DNA of 63,043 bases, the filler included, from Candidatus Desantisbacteria bacterium CG1_02_49_89 (GTDB lineage Bacteria > Desantisbacteria > UBA1551), in assembly GCA_001871075.1 (NCBI GenBank). It is 6 parts of 6 records of this genome, joined end to end, with 100 filler letters (N's around TTAATTAATTAA, not from the genome) between each part and the next. Parts side by side here need not be neighbours in the genome. Positions count along the whole stretch, not along the records: positions 6,357 to 31,566 come from MNUP01000079.1; 5 more parts are not named here. One strand, 5' to 3'. Below, one piece after another: positions 10,022-19,975 of this stretch; the stretch's first letter is position 1, and every line of letters begins with the position of its first letter. A model generated the notes under the pieces. The model did no database searches and had not been told where the DNA came from. It worked only from the letters and a program-made list of their open reading frames with translations. Both the position numbers and the translations under genes were made by a program.

Positions 10022-10780
10022 TATTTTTAAACCTCTTATTTTAAAGTGTTTTTCTGACTACTTTTAGAATTTTTAAATGTTCGACCCAGCATAACTTCGA
10101 TTTTCTTTACAAATTCTTTATTACCCGCAGGTCGGCCTGATATTGTACTGCTTTTTATTTCTTTAACAATTCTTCCATCTTCGTATTCTGAAAGGAAATT
10201 TTTCCAATCTTTAATTTCAGAAATTAGATAAGATTCCCCGGGCAATAAATTATCCAGTTTCCTATTTACATGGACTTGCGCGCTTGACCACCTATAATCC
10301 TCAGGATTATCTATAATACCCGCCTTGACCGGATTCATCTCTACATATCGAACAGCGGTATAAAGATGAGTTTCACCTAAAACACAGGAAAAAAACCTGG
10401 ATTGCCACACATGCCCTTTGCGATTCTTCCGATGGTTGAAATATTGGGAATATAAGGTACCTACCGTATGAAAAACGCCCGACATTGAATCGGGATTTTT
10501 GGGAACAGCAACCAAGTGCAAATGGTTGGGCATCAAACAATAAGCCCAGATTTCCAAACCGAATTTTTTACTATATTTCTCCAGCAGTGAGAGATACGTT
10601 TTATAATCCGACTTGCTTGTAAATACTCTCTGCTGATTATTACCTCTTTGAGTGATATGGTGTGGAAAACCAACAGCTATCGCTCTTGCAATCCTGGGCA
10701 TGCTTACTCCTTTTAAAAAATGAAAAGTGCTTCGAATTCCCCTTATTTTACGTGATTATAAAAATAGTGCCTGTCCCTAT
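10008..10780 (-). mobile_element. TIR-flanked Y1 (HUH) transposase element, RAYT/TIRYT-like
   Basis: Perfect 22-bp inverted repeats atagggacaggcactattttta (10008-10029) and taaaaatagtgcctgtccctat (10759-10780) around a low-GC ORF. Confidence 0.8.
10036..10701 (-). CDS. REP-associated tyrosine (Y1) transposase
   Basis: PHHITQRGNN, AYCLMPNHLHL (HUH), RYVEMNPVKAG, YRWSS. Confidence 0.92.
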   Translation of the reverse strand: MPRIARAIAVGFPHHITQRGNNQQRVFTSKSDYKTYLSLLEKYSKKFGLEIWAYCLMPNHLHLVAVPKNPDSMSGVFHTVGTLYSQYFNHRKNRKGHVWQSRFFSCVLGETHLYTAVRYVEMNPVKAGIIDNPEDYRWSSAQVHVNRKLDNLLPGESYLISEIKDWKNFLSEYEDGRIVKEIKSSTISGRPAGNKEFVKKIEVMLGRTFKNSKSSQKNTLK

Positions 10781-12729
10781 TTTGTTTTGGCTTTGGCCGG
10801 CGGGACCACAGGCAGGATCACGCACGAAGGGTTCCCGGAACTGCAGTAAACCGAATTTACCGCCGTGTTGGGGTTTGCCTCGAACCTCGGGAAATTGCTG
10901 GAAGAAACCGCGACCCGTATCTTGTGCCCCTTGTTGAAAACTATGCTGGTTGACCACAGGTCGATCTCTATTTCATAAACTTTCCCGGGTTCAAGCGGCT
11001 CCGGCTTTTCAAACGAATTCCTGTATTTAGCGCTGAGTATCCCGTCGGTCAGCAGCATTGACCTGCCGTCAGGATAAACATCGCACAGCTTCGCGGTAAA
11101 ATCAGCGTCCGTTGCTGTGGAAGATACGAATAAACGCGCTTTTATCCTTCCCGTGACCTCAACCGGCTCTTTCAAAGCCGGGGTTGAATACGTAAGCACG
11201 TCCTGCCTGCGCTCAACAGAACGCTGGTCCATCGGCCCCATTGCCTGGTATAATTCCTGACCCCCTTTTGTTGGAGCCGGGTCTGAAGGACTGTAAAAAA
11301 ACGTGTCAACGCCTGAATTCTTATCCGGCTTGTCTATTGCAAGGATGCCGTCTCTATTCAGGTACAACTTTGTTGCTTTCGCGGGCACCGGCCAGGTATC
11401 AGAAGTGCGCCATTTGTTCCCCGGAGTTTTGTTATCATCCACGTCCCCCATCACGTAGTAATAGACCGCGGGGTCCTTCATTATGCCGGTGTCAGCGCCT
11501 TTCAGCCAGTAGTCAAACCAGCAGAACTGGTCCATCACAGGGCCGGGATCAAGCGAGTTCGCGGGGAATACAAGCTCACCCTGCTTGCGGCTTCCTATCG
11601 CGTAGTGGACCCAAGGGCCTATTATAAGTTTCTGCCTGCCTTTCGCCCCCTCACCGCCTGATGCCTGGATATTCGAAAAGGAATCAAGCTGGCCCTGGGT
11701 GAACAGGTCAAACCAGCCCCCGATATGCAGGATGGGCGCGCGTATGCTGCCGAGTTTTTCGTTGACGTTCAGGCCTTTCCAGAACTCATCGTAACAGGGG
11801 TGGCCTTTCACCGCGTCAACCGCTTCAGGTTTAAATTTCTGCTGTTTGAACCAGCCTTCGATAAGCGATTTCCTGAAAGCGCCTCCCTGGTACACCATCT
11901 GGTTATACAGGTCCTGGCCAGCGAAAAGAACGTGCTGGCACGCAAGACCCGGCGGAGCGGCAGGGGCGAGGAGCAGCTGGGTTATGCCCACAGCCGAACC
12001 TCCGAACGTTCCTATTTTCCCGTTGCACCATTCCTGTTTCAGGATCCATTCGGCTGTTTCATACCCGTCTTTGTTCTCTCCCCACGCGTCATCCCTGAAC
12101 ATCACCCACAGGCCTTTTGAAAAATACCTGCCCCTTATGTCCTGGGCAACAACAGCGTAGCCGTTCTGGCAGAATTCAGCCGCGAAATCGCGTATGCTCG
12201 CCCCGTAAGGGGTCCTCCAGAGCAGCACCGGCCATGAATCGTTTCCCGGAGGAAGGTATACGATGGAATACAAAACCGTGCTGTCGCTCATCGCGATCCG
12301 CACTGTCCTCTGGGATCTTATTGCCGGCTCAAGCACGAATTCGATCTCGGCGTCCTGAGAAAGGTCAAGCGCGTCAACTCCGTCAAGCTCCAGATCCCTG
12401 TACCTGGGCTCCCTGCCGCAGAACGGGACGTTCCCCGAAAGCCTGTTTATGTGGGAAAGTGACTGGGTGAAAACGAACGCGTCCTTGCAGCTCTGGTCCG
12501 TCTCTATTAAGAACTCCCCGTTCTTGTCGGTTACTGCAATTTTACGCACGGGTATTTTGCCGTAGGGCTTTATCTTCGAAGGCAGCTGGGTGGAAGCTAT
12601 GCCGACCTGTATTTTGGCAACAGGCCTTCCGCTGCCTGCGGCAAGGACCCTGCCTTTCAAGACAGCGGCGCCTGAAACCGCTGGCAGCGCCACGGAAAAC
12701 GCAAGAAGAATCAGCAAACATTTTTTCAT
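10777..12729 (-). CDS. CocE/NonD family hydrolase, secreted
   Basis: Signal peptide; RTPYG, QDIRGR, GGSAVG nucleophile elbow, GWFDLF, GPWVH. Confidence 0.9.
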   Translation of the reverse strand: MKKCLLILLAFSVALPAVSGAAVLKGRVLAAGSGRPVAKIQVGIASTQLPSKIKPYGKIPVRKIAVTDKNGEFLIETDQSCKDAFVFTQSLSHINRLSGNVPFCGREPRYRDLELDGVDALDLSQDAEIEFVLEPAIRSQRTVRIAMSDSTVLYSIVYLPPGNDSWPVLLWRTPYGASIRDFAAEFCQNGYAVVAQDIRGRYFSKGLWVMFRDDAWGENKDGYETAEWILKQEWCNGKIGTFGGSAVGITQLLLAPAAPPGLACQHVLFAGQDLYNQMVYQGGAFRKSLIEGWFKQQKFKPEAVDAVKGHPCYDEFWKGLNVNEKLGSIRAPILHIGGWFDLFTQGQLDSFSNIQASGGEGAKGRQKLIIGPWVHYAIGSRKQGELVFPANSLDPGPVMDQFCWFDYWLKGADTGIMKDPAVYYYVMGDVDDNKTPGNKWRTSDTWPVPAKATKLYLNRDGILAIDKPDKNSGVDTFFYSPSDPAPTKGGQELYQAMGPMDQRSVERRQDVLTYSTPALKEPVEVTGRIKARLFVSSTATDADFTAKLCDVYPDGRSMLLTDGILSAKYRNSFEKPEPLEPGKVYEIEIDLWSTSIVFNKGHKIRVAVSSSNFPRFEANPNTAVNSVYCSSGNPSCVILPVVPPAKAKTK

Positions 12730-12910
12730 ACAAAATCCTTTTAGCCACGAATTTCCACTAATTTCCCCCTGCAGTCCGATGTTGCATCGGACTCAACGCA
12801 GGGACCTGCGCGCCAGAACCAAGCGGATGGCGCTTCGGACGAAAGCACGAAAAAATCACCACGGAGGCACGGATTAATTTTAAACCTTTTTAACCTTTAA
12901 CCCCTTTAAC

Positions 12911-14161
12911 CTATTTAACCGACAGAAGAAGCTCACGAACGGCGGCAACCAGCGTTTCCCCGACATTGGGGGCGAAATGGAAGAACCCGCAGATGACCGG
13001 GACCATGTCCGCGGCGTAGCCGTTGCGGGCGAAATCGTCCTCATCCGGTATATAGCCCACTTCATCATTCGCGATACCGATGACAAAAGTATTTTTCGCC
13101 GGCGAGCATTTTTTTATTTTAAGCCCCCATTTTGTAAAAACTTCTCCCGGAAGCATGGCGAAAAGGATATCTTTTCCAAGCATTAGTACCTGGATTTCAA
13201 CAGGCAGTGTATCGCGCACATTCCTGCTTATTTCCCTTAAGGTATCTTCCTTCCATTCCCTGTAAAACCTTTCCCAGTCAGGCTGTTTCCTCTGTTCAGC
13301 GTACCTGCTCATTATGCCTTCGACAAATTCTTCGTCAGGCACGCGCAACGGAAGGTTGACAAGCTTTGACCTCATGCTGACGCCCAGGTTCTGCGCCGGT
13401 TTTATTTTCCCGTAAATCCTCAAAGCTTCTTCTGCCAGCTGCTCCCCGTGCTCCTTCATCTTTTCAAACGATGACGTGCAGGCGTCCTTCGCATTTATGT
13501 CCCCGCAGCACCCCTGTGCGAAAACCGCAGTTCCCTTGCCGAGCGCCGCGTCTATTTTCGAGCTGGCAAAACCGGGCCAGTCAGCGCTCACAGCAATGTT
13601 GGAAGGCCCGCCTACAACCGCGTGCGCCGCGTAATTGTAAAACACTGCCTTTGTTTTTCCCTTGTAATCGTCAACGCGCAGGACTATAAGGGACGTATCC
13701 ATAAGCCCGCCCTTAACAACCCTGTTCACCCCGATCTCAACCTTGCCTTTTCCCGCCCCAACTAAAACCGGTTCAAGGTTATTATTCGCCTCCTGCGCCG
13801 CTTCAAGGATCTTCTCCCTCAGGAACGCCATGTAACCCTTATCCATCTCGCCCCAGCCCCTGAGGTAGACTGTCACGGGGCCTGAATGGGTGTGTGTGGC
13901 GGAGATACTTATATTGTTCTCCGGAATCTTAATGGTCTTTGAGATCTCCTGCCTGTACCGGACAACAAAATGCCTTCCGATCCCGCAGAGGTCGCATACG
14001 ATAAGGAGCGCTTTTTTCCTGCCGTCGTCAAACAGGAGCGCCCTTGCGTAGAGGTCGTCGTGTATCTCCTTCCCGATCCGGTTGATATAAACGCCGTACC
14101 CGGCCATTTCAAGGCCCGGCCGGGGCGTTATCTTTATTTTCGAAACTCCTGCCTTCAGCAT
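12911..14161 (-). CDS. Neutral/alkaline ceramidase-like amidohydrolase
   Basis: IHDDLYARAL, SATHTHSGP, SADWPG, QGCCGDIN, PGEVF. Confidence 0.8.
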   Translation of the reverse strand: MLKAGVSKIKITPRPGLEMAGYGVYINRIGKEIHDDLYARALLFDDGRKKALLIVCDLCGIGRHFVVRYRQEISKTIKIPENNISISATHTHSGPVTVYLRGWGEMDKGYMAFLREKILEAAQEANNNLEPVLVGAGKGKVEIGVNRVVKGGLMDTSLIVLRVDDYKGKTKAVFYNYAAHAVVGGPSNIAVSADWPGFASSKIDAALGKGTAVFAQGCCGDINAKDACTSSFEKMKEHGEQLAEEALRIYGKIKPAQNLGVSMRSKLVNLPLRVPDEEFVEGIMSRYAEQRKQPDWERFYREWKEDTLREISRNVRDTLPVEIQVLMLGKDILFAMLPGEVFTKWGLKIKKCSPAKNTFVIGIANDEVGYIPDEDDFARNGYAADMVPVICGFFHFAPNVGETLVAAVRELLLSVK

Positions 14162-14180
14162 AAAACCCTCCCATATCTTA

Positions 14181-14313
14181 CTGCGCCTTTTCTCGGTGTT
14201 TCCCTCGGCGGGGCGTTCGCATCTGATTGCCTGCTCACTCTAAAATTTTACCCGTTCCGGGCCTTAGGTAAAATTTTTTAATGCCCGCTACAGGAAAGCA
14301 CCTCGCGGCGCAG
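14181..14313. repeat. ~130-nt structured intergenic element, copy 1
   Basis: Closely similar to 37161-37292, with compensatory changes in stems. Confidence 0.8.
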
Positions 14314-14389
14314 CACATGGCCTCTTCTGCCCGCAATCCCGGTTCTGATTTATCCTATATAAGGATTTCAAAAATATTCGTTGTCACTT

Positions 14390-15247
14390 TTATATGCTCA
14401 AAAGGGCTATGCCGGCCGCTCCCAGGAATATGCCGGCATACCCCGCTTTCCTGATCTTTTCCCTGAACACGATAGCCGAAACTATTGTGCTGACAATGAC
14501 AGGTCCGGTAAGCGTCACAGGAAAAACACCCGCTGGCGGATAGGTAGTAAGCAGCTTAAGCGTTAGGAAATTGCCTATAAGGCTGCATGCCGCGCCAGCG
14601 GTCCCGAACAGGAAAACCCTGCCGCCCAGCATCTTCCTGCCCGCGCTGAAAATAAAAAGAAGTATCCCGCCAGCAAGGTAGGTCACAAGCAGGTATGCAA
14701 GCAGATCAGACCCGAAACGCGCGGCTGTGGACTGGCAGATGCCGTTGCCCCCGTTTATGAAAAAAGAGCTTACGGCGAAAAGAAGCCATTTGCCGCTGCT
14801 CGGTTTCTTTTCCCCGGAAGAGCTGGAAGTAATGAGCAGAAGGCTCAGTATTATAAGGCATATACCCAGTATCCTGAAAGGCCCGATCTTCTCCTTCCAG
14901 GCAATAACCGAGAAAACGACAGGTATCAGGAACGAGAGCTGGAACACGGACACGGAAAACGCGTAGTTGCCTATCTGCGCGGCTTTGGTGAAAAACAGGA
15001 ACGCGGTTATGCCGCACACGCCCCCGGCTGCGGCCAGCAAAGAACAGAAAAGGGTAAAATTGACAGGACGGCGGGAAACCAGGACAGCGGCAAGGACCAT
15101 GACCGCGGAAGACATCGAAACCACAGTGGTAAGCCCCAGCGGCGACATGCCCCTGTCCGTGCCAAGGCGCATGACAAGCGTTATCAGGCTGAAAACCGTT
15201 ATGATCACAATAAAATAAATCAGGGCTGTCAAGTGTTCCCCTTTCAC
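14390..15247 (-). CDS. DMT/EamA family transporter
   Basis: About 10 hydrophobic segments in two repeats; WKEK and FREK motifs. Confidence 0.85.
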   Translation of the reverse strand: MKGEHLTALIYFIVIITVFSLITLVMRLGTDRGMSPLGLTTVVSMSSAVMVLAAVLVSRRPVNFTLFCSLLAAAGGVCGITAFLFFTKAAQIGNYAFSVSVFQLSFLIPVVFSVIAWKEKIGPFRILGICLIILSLLLITSSSSGEKKPSSGKWLLFAVSSFFINGGNGICQSTAARFGSDLLAYLLVTYLAGGILLFIFSAGRKMLGGRVFLFGTAGAACSLIGNFLTLKLLTTYPPAGVFPVTLTGPVIVSTIVSAIVFREKIRKAGYAGIFLGAAGIALLSI

Positions 15248-16495
15248 TTAGATCTTCGCCAGCTCCGCGGAGTTCTCTTTTATCTTGGCGACCGCGTCTA
15301 TTATTTTTTGGACCTTCGGCCGCTTTGAGAGGAGTAAACAATGCGATATCGTGACCTGCCGGTTCGCGCAGAAATCTTCCGCCGCGGGCAGGCGCAGTTT
15401 TTCGTAGTCAGGCAGTTTTCCTATGATCCTGGGCGGGAGGACCTTAGCGATCTGTGATCTGCGGAACGCATAATTCTTGTAAAGCGGCACCCCGTACGCT
15501 GCGCCCGCGGGTATGCCTTCCGCGTTCAGCGCGCGCAGGAATTTATCCCTGTGCGCGCCCCCGAAATGTTTTGGATCATATTTAATGATAAAGAAATAGT
15601 AGCCCCTTTTCGTGATCCTGCTGTCCCGCGGCAGGGGCTCTGCCCCGCCGATCTTACTGAGTTCTTTCGCAAGGAATTCCCCCATCCTGTGCTTGTAATC
15701 CGTCTGGTATTTAAGCCTTTTTATCTGGCTTAAGAGCAGCGCGGCCTGTATCTCGCTGAGCCGGTAGTTGGACGAAAGTATGAAATGCCCGTATCCGGGC
15801 TTTCCCACCACTCGGCCTATGTTATGGATGATGGACGCTTCTTCAAAGAGTTTCCGGTTGTTGGTAATGACCGCCCCGCCTTCTCCTGACGCCAGCGATT
15901 TGCTTTCCTGGAAGGAGAACGAGCCGAAGTCCCCGATCGTGCCGGCATGCTTTCCACGCCACCTGGTGCCGTGCGCGTGCGCGCAGTCCTCAACAAGAAG
16001 GAGCCTGTGCTTTCTTGCAATGGACCTTATACTGTCAAGGTCAACCGGATACCCGCCGTAGTGGACGACGATTATCGCTTTTGTCCGTTTTGTTATGGAT
16101 TCCTCGATCGACCTTGGGCTTATCTGGGCTGTGTCAGGGTCGCAATCCGCGAATACGGGTATCGCGCCGACCTCGCTGACAGCGCTTGCGGTCGCTATAA
16201 AAGTCACTGCAGGCACTATTACCTCATCCCCGATCCGCACGCCGCCGGCTTTAAGCGAGAGCTCAAGCGTGACCGTTCCGTTTGAAACCGCAAGAGCGTA
16301 TTTCGCCCCGGTCCACTTCGCGTATTCGTGCTCAAACCTTTCTGCCCAGGAACCCGGGTATATCCGGCACCACCTGCGGCCTTTAAGCGCTTCCTCCACC
16401 GTTTTTATATCGCTTTTGTCCACCATGGGCCAGGGAGGTGTTTTCAGCCCTCCCTCTGCCACTGGTTTCCCGCCAAGCACCGCAAGCTTTGCCAT
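15248..16495 (-). CDS. DegT/DnrJ/EryC1/StrS aminotransferase (AHBA-synthase-like)
   Basis: MAKLAVLGG, EDCAHAHG, FSFQESKSLASGEGG; ggagg RBS before ATG 16495. Confidence 0.92.
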   Translation of the reverse strand: MAKLAVLGGKPVAEGGLKTPPWPMVDKSDIKTVEEALKGRRWCRIYPGSWAERFEHEYAKWTGAKYALAVSNGTVTLELSLKAGGVRIGDEVIVPAVTFIATASAVSEVGAIPVFADCDPDTAQISPRSIEESITKRTKAIIVVHYGGYPVDLDSIRSIARKHRLLLVEDCAHAHGTRWRGKHAGTIGDFGSFSFQESKSLASGEGGAVITNNRKLFEEASIIHNIGRVVGKPGYGHFILSSNYRLSEIQAALLLSQIKRLKYQTDYKHRMGEFLAKELSKIGGAEPLPRDSRITKRGYYFFIIKYDPKHFGGAHRDKFLRALNAEGIPAGAAYGVPLYKNYAFRRSQIAKVLPPRIIGKLPDYEKLRLPAAEDFCANRQVTISHCLLLSKRPKVQKIIDAVAKIKENSAELAKI

Positions 16496-16639
16496 AAAGA
16501 CCTCCAAAGCGTATCAGAGTATCAGCGTGTCAGCGTGTCAAAGTAAAAACATGGAATCTATTTTAAAACTTATTAAGCTTATCTATAGCTTTGGCTTGTT
16601 TTTTACTCTGATACGTTGACACTTTGATACGTTGACACG

Positions 16640-17491
16640 TTATTTTAAGGATTTGCTGAACGTGGTCCACCCCGAAACTCCAATGGAGCGCAGCCAGGAG
16701 AACAATTCCTCGTAAAGCGGCCGCACCCGGTCCCAGGCAGACATCATCGCCCAGTAATGGGAGCCGAAAATGCCGGTCCCGCGGTCACCGAGTTCCCTGA
16801 TGTAATTCTTCATTTCGCTTTTGAACAGGTCTATCCTGTCCGCGTATTCGTTCTCAGGAAGGCCGAAAATAACAAGGTCTTCCATGCACCCCATTTCAAG
16901 AACGCCCTCAAATTCCGCCGGCAGCCTGAAGTCCGGGTCCCACCTGCGGTGTTCGGGATTTTTTGTGGCGGTATAAGCGGTCGCGAGCGGGTTTATGCCC
17001 CTGCTTGACGAATATTTTATGCCCGCGCCTGCCAGGGCTTTGTAGGCTTCCCCGCACATGCCGAAACACGGGGACCTGAAAACAAGCGGTTTGCGCCCGA
17101 ACGCCTGTTTGTAAATTTTCACGCCGGTGTTGATTTTTTCGCCCAGCCTCTCAACCGTATGTTCCTTTTCCCACTTCTTCCTGTTGCTTTCATATTCATT
17201 AAGGACCTTTGTGTTGAGTATGGTAGAATTTTTCGAAGGCAGCCCGAACTCAAGGCAGGTGTCGTGCCTCAGGCCGTGCAGCTGGAAATCATGCCCCCTG
17301 GTTTTGGCGCGCTCTACCGCCTTCATCAGGTCTTTTTTTTCATACCCGGGCTTGCCTCCCGCGAAGGGAACCCAGAAGAACGTTCCGGGAATACCCATGC
17401 CTTCAAGCCACGCGCATACTTCCTCAAACCACCGTATATGCTGGGGGTTGTCTGTCCCGCCGATATCGTCGTTCGTGAAAATGAACCGCAC
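16640..17491 (-). CDS. Polysaccharide deacetylase/DUF2334-like protein
   Basis: FTNDD, GTFFWVP, QLHGLRH, FRSP. Confidence 0.7.
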   Translation of the reverse strand: MRFIFTNDDIGGTDNPQHIRWFEEVCAWLEGMGIPGTFFWVPFAGGKPGYEKKDLMKAVERAKTRGHDFQLHGLRHDTCLEFGLPSKNSTILNTKVLNEYESNRKKWEKEHTVERLGEKINTGVKIYKQAFGRKPLVFRSPCFGMCGEAYKALAGAGIKYSSSRGINPLATAYTATKNPEHRRWDPDFRLPAEFEGVLEMGCMEDLVIFGLPENEYADRIDLFKSEMKNYIRELGDRGTGIFGSHYWAMMSAWDRVRPLYEELFSWLRSIGVSGWTTFSKSLK

Positions 17492-17678
17492 TTCCGCTCC
17501 AAAACCACACGATTACACAGAGTTCCAACAGATGACCCGCTTCATCGGCGGGTTATTGTCCATTGGACCCGCAGGGCGCGGCAATCTGAATATTTGAGAT
17601 TGCTTCATTTCATTCGCAATGACATTTCTCGTGAAATCGCGTGAAATCTCGTGGTTATATGTTTTGCCTCGATCTGAA

Positions 17679-18659
17679 TTATTCCGTGGCAAGGATTTGT
17701 TCATCGGAAGTGATGATAACGCCCCTGGCTTTCATTTTCTTAAGCAGCGCAAGCCCTTTTTCAGGGCCCAGCACGAACATGCTCGTAGAAAGCCAGTCCG
17801 CCGCCATACTGTCTTCCGCGATCACGGTCGCGCTGATAACGCCTTCAGCCGGGTAGCCGGTGCGCGGGTCAAAGATGTGGTGGAACCTTTTTTGCTTCCC
17901 TTCCTGGAAACCCATAAAGAACCTTTCGTAATCCCCGGATGTCGTAACGGTCCTGTCTTTTACGGTTAAGGTCTTCAGGATGCCTTCCTTTCTCGGGTTT
18001 TTTATGCCTATGCGCCAGGCTGTTCCCATGGCGTACAGGTCGCCGCCTGCCTTCACTATGGCTTTCCTGATGCCTTCCTTTTTAAGGACTTCGGCTGCCT
18101 TGCCGACCGCAAATCCCTTTGCGATCCCGCCAAGGTTCACCTGCACTCCTTTTTTCCTGAAATAGATCAGGTTGTTCTTTTCGTCAATAATTATGTTCTT
18201 ATAGCCCACCAGCTCCAGCGCCTTCTTTATCTGTTTTTCGGAAGGTAGTGCGTGCCTGCCATTAGCAGGGCTAAAGCCCTGCGCTACATTAGAAACTGGA
18301 CCAAAGCCCCACAAGGAAACGACAGGGGCGACTGTAACGTCAAAAGCGCCTTCTGTCGCGTCGCCCGCCTTCACTGCCTCCTTCATCACTTCCATAAATT
18401 CCGGTGAAGGATCTTTGATCGTTCCTGTGCGGTTAAGCACGGAAGCTTCGCTTCCGGGATCAAAGACGCTCAATGTCTTTTCAATGCCCGCGATCCTGTC
18501 AAAAGCCTTTCCCGCGGCTTCCCTTGCTTTGGTTCCGTCCGCCCTGATGGTGATCTCCACAAAGGTCCCCATCATCATCCTTGTTTCTTTGTACGGCGGC
18601 TGCGAGCAGCCGCATAATAAAACGGTGTAAAGTGTAACGTGTAACGTGTAAAGCAGCAT
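17679..18659 (-). CDS. apbE: FAD:protein FMN transferase (lipoprotein)
   Basis: Lipobox LCGC; MGT, FDVTVAP, NLGGIAKG, TSGDYER, HHIFDPRTG. Start assigned to ATG 18659. Confidence 0.93.
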   Translation of the reverse strand: MLLYTLHVTLYTVLLCGCSQPPYKETRMMMGTFVEITIRADGTKAREAAGKAFDRIAGIEKTLSVFDPGSEASVLNRTGTIKDPSPEFMEVMKEAVKAGDATEGAFDVTVAPVVSLWGFGPVSNVAQGFSPANGRHALPSEKQIKKALELVGYKNIIIDEKNNLIYFRKKGVQVNLGGIAKGFAVGKAAEVLKKEGIRKAIVKAGGDLYAMGTAWRIGIKNPRKEGILKTLTVKDRTVTTSGDYERFFMGFQEGKQKRFHHIFDPRTGYPAEGVISATVIAEDSMAADWLSTSMFVLGPEKGLALLKKMKARGVIITSDEQILATE

Positions 18660-18732
18660 CTTTCTAAACTTTGACACGTTGACACGCTGCCTGCCCGCCA
18701 ACGCTTTCTGGGTGGGACACGTTGACACGTTT

Positions 18733-19716
18733 TTACTGGATGACATCAACTTTCTCCCCACAGTAACCACACTTGCCTTCCTTTACTTTGAATCTGGTGA
18801 CGCTGAAACCGCTGCGCTCTATGACAGGCTTGCCGCATTTGGGGCAGTAGGTCGCGTCGGATCCCGGGTCCCAGACGTTGCCTATGTAAACATATTTTAA
18901 TTTTTTCATCGCGATCTTTCTCGCGGTTTTGAGCGTATCTTCCGGAGTGGGCGGTATATCCATTTTGTAACAGGGATGGTACCTGGAAAAATGCAGGGGG
19001 ATGTCCGCCCCAACTTCCGCCACCCAGTCCACGAGTTTAGCGATCTTCTCCGGGCTGTCGTTCAGGGTCGGGACAACAAGGTTTGTAAGCTCGATGTGCG
19101 CCTTCCCGTGCATCGCCTTTATGGTGTCCAGCACCGGCCCCAGTTTCCCTTTGCAGATCTTTGCGTAGAAATCCTCGTCCATGGCCTTAAGGTCTATGTT
19201 CGCCGCGTCAATAAAGGGCAGGACCTCCGCAAGCGGCTCCCTGCTTACAGAACCGTTTGTCACAAGCACGTTCTTGAGCCCTGCCTTTTTCGCCAGCCTT
19301 GCCGTTTCCAGCACGAACTCAAACCATATAAAAGGCTCGTTGTAGGTATAGCATATCCCGAACGATGCGTGCTTCTGCGCTGTCCTGACCGCCTGTTCGG
19401 GCGTGATCTCGTCCACCGGTGCCTTTGCGTCCTGTGAAATGGACCAGTTCTGGCAGAAATCGCAGTGGAAATTGCACCCGGCTGTGCCCATGGAAAGGAT
19501 AGTTGAGCCCGGATGGAAATGGTAAAGCGGTTTTTTTTCGATCGGGTCCATTGAAATAGAAGTAACCTTCCCATAATTCAGGGAATAGAGCTTACCGCCC
19601 GTGTTCCTGCGGACACCGCAGACCCCGGCCTTACCCTCAGAGATAATGCAGTTATGGGGGCATAGCAGGCACTTTGTTTTTTCGCCCTGCTTTTCCCAGT
19701 ACAGCGCCTCTTTCAT
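18733..19716 (-). CDS. amrS: AmmeMemoRadiSam system radical SAM enzyme
   Basis: CLLCPHNC, CGVR, DPIEKKPLYHF, GCNFHCDFCQNW, YTYNEP. Confidence 0.92.
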   Translation of the reverse strand: MKEALYWEKQGEKTKCLLCPHNCIISEGKAGVCGVRRNTGGKLYSLNYGKVTSISMDPIEKKPLYHFHPGSTILSMGTAGCNFHCDFCQNWSISQDAKAPVDEITPEQAVRTAQKHASFGICYTYNEPFIWFEFVLETARLAKKAGLKNVLVTNGSVSREPLAEVLPFIDAANIDLKAMDEDFYAKICKGKLGPVLDTIKAMHGKAHIELTNLVVPTLNDSPEKIAKLVDWVAEVGADIPLHFSRYHPCYKMDIPPTPEDTLKTARKIAMKKLKYVYIGNVWDPGSDATYCPKCGKPVIERSGFSVTRFKVKEGKCGYCGEKVDVIQ

Positions 19717-19905
19717 TATAACTTCCTGATTACGGTGATTTTAAAAAGATGATTTCGGTGATTATAAAATTTTTTACCCAAAACCATTAATCTTTTAATC
19801 TATTGATCTGCTGATCAATCCATTAATCAAATACTATATAATGTTATTTGATAAACTTTATGCAATAAATAGTATATCATATTTCATGTGAAAGTCAAGA
19901 CGAAA

Positions 19906-19934
19906 TAAAAAAAGCAAGGTTTTTCCTTGCTTTT
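19906..19934 (-). terminator. Probable intrinsic terminator after rnfB
   Basis: aaaagcaagg-loop-ccttgctttt hairpin with U-tract on the minus strand. Confidence 0.6.
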
Positions 19935-19975
19935 AATAATCACCGGGATCTCTTTTTGAAATCACTGTAATCTTG

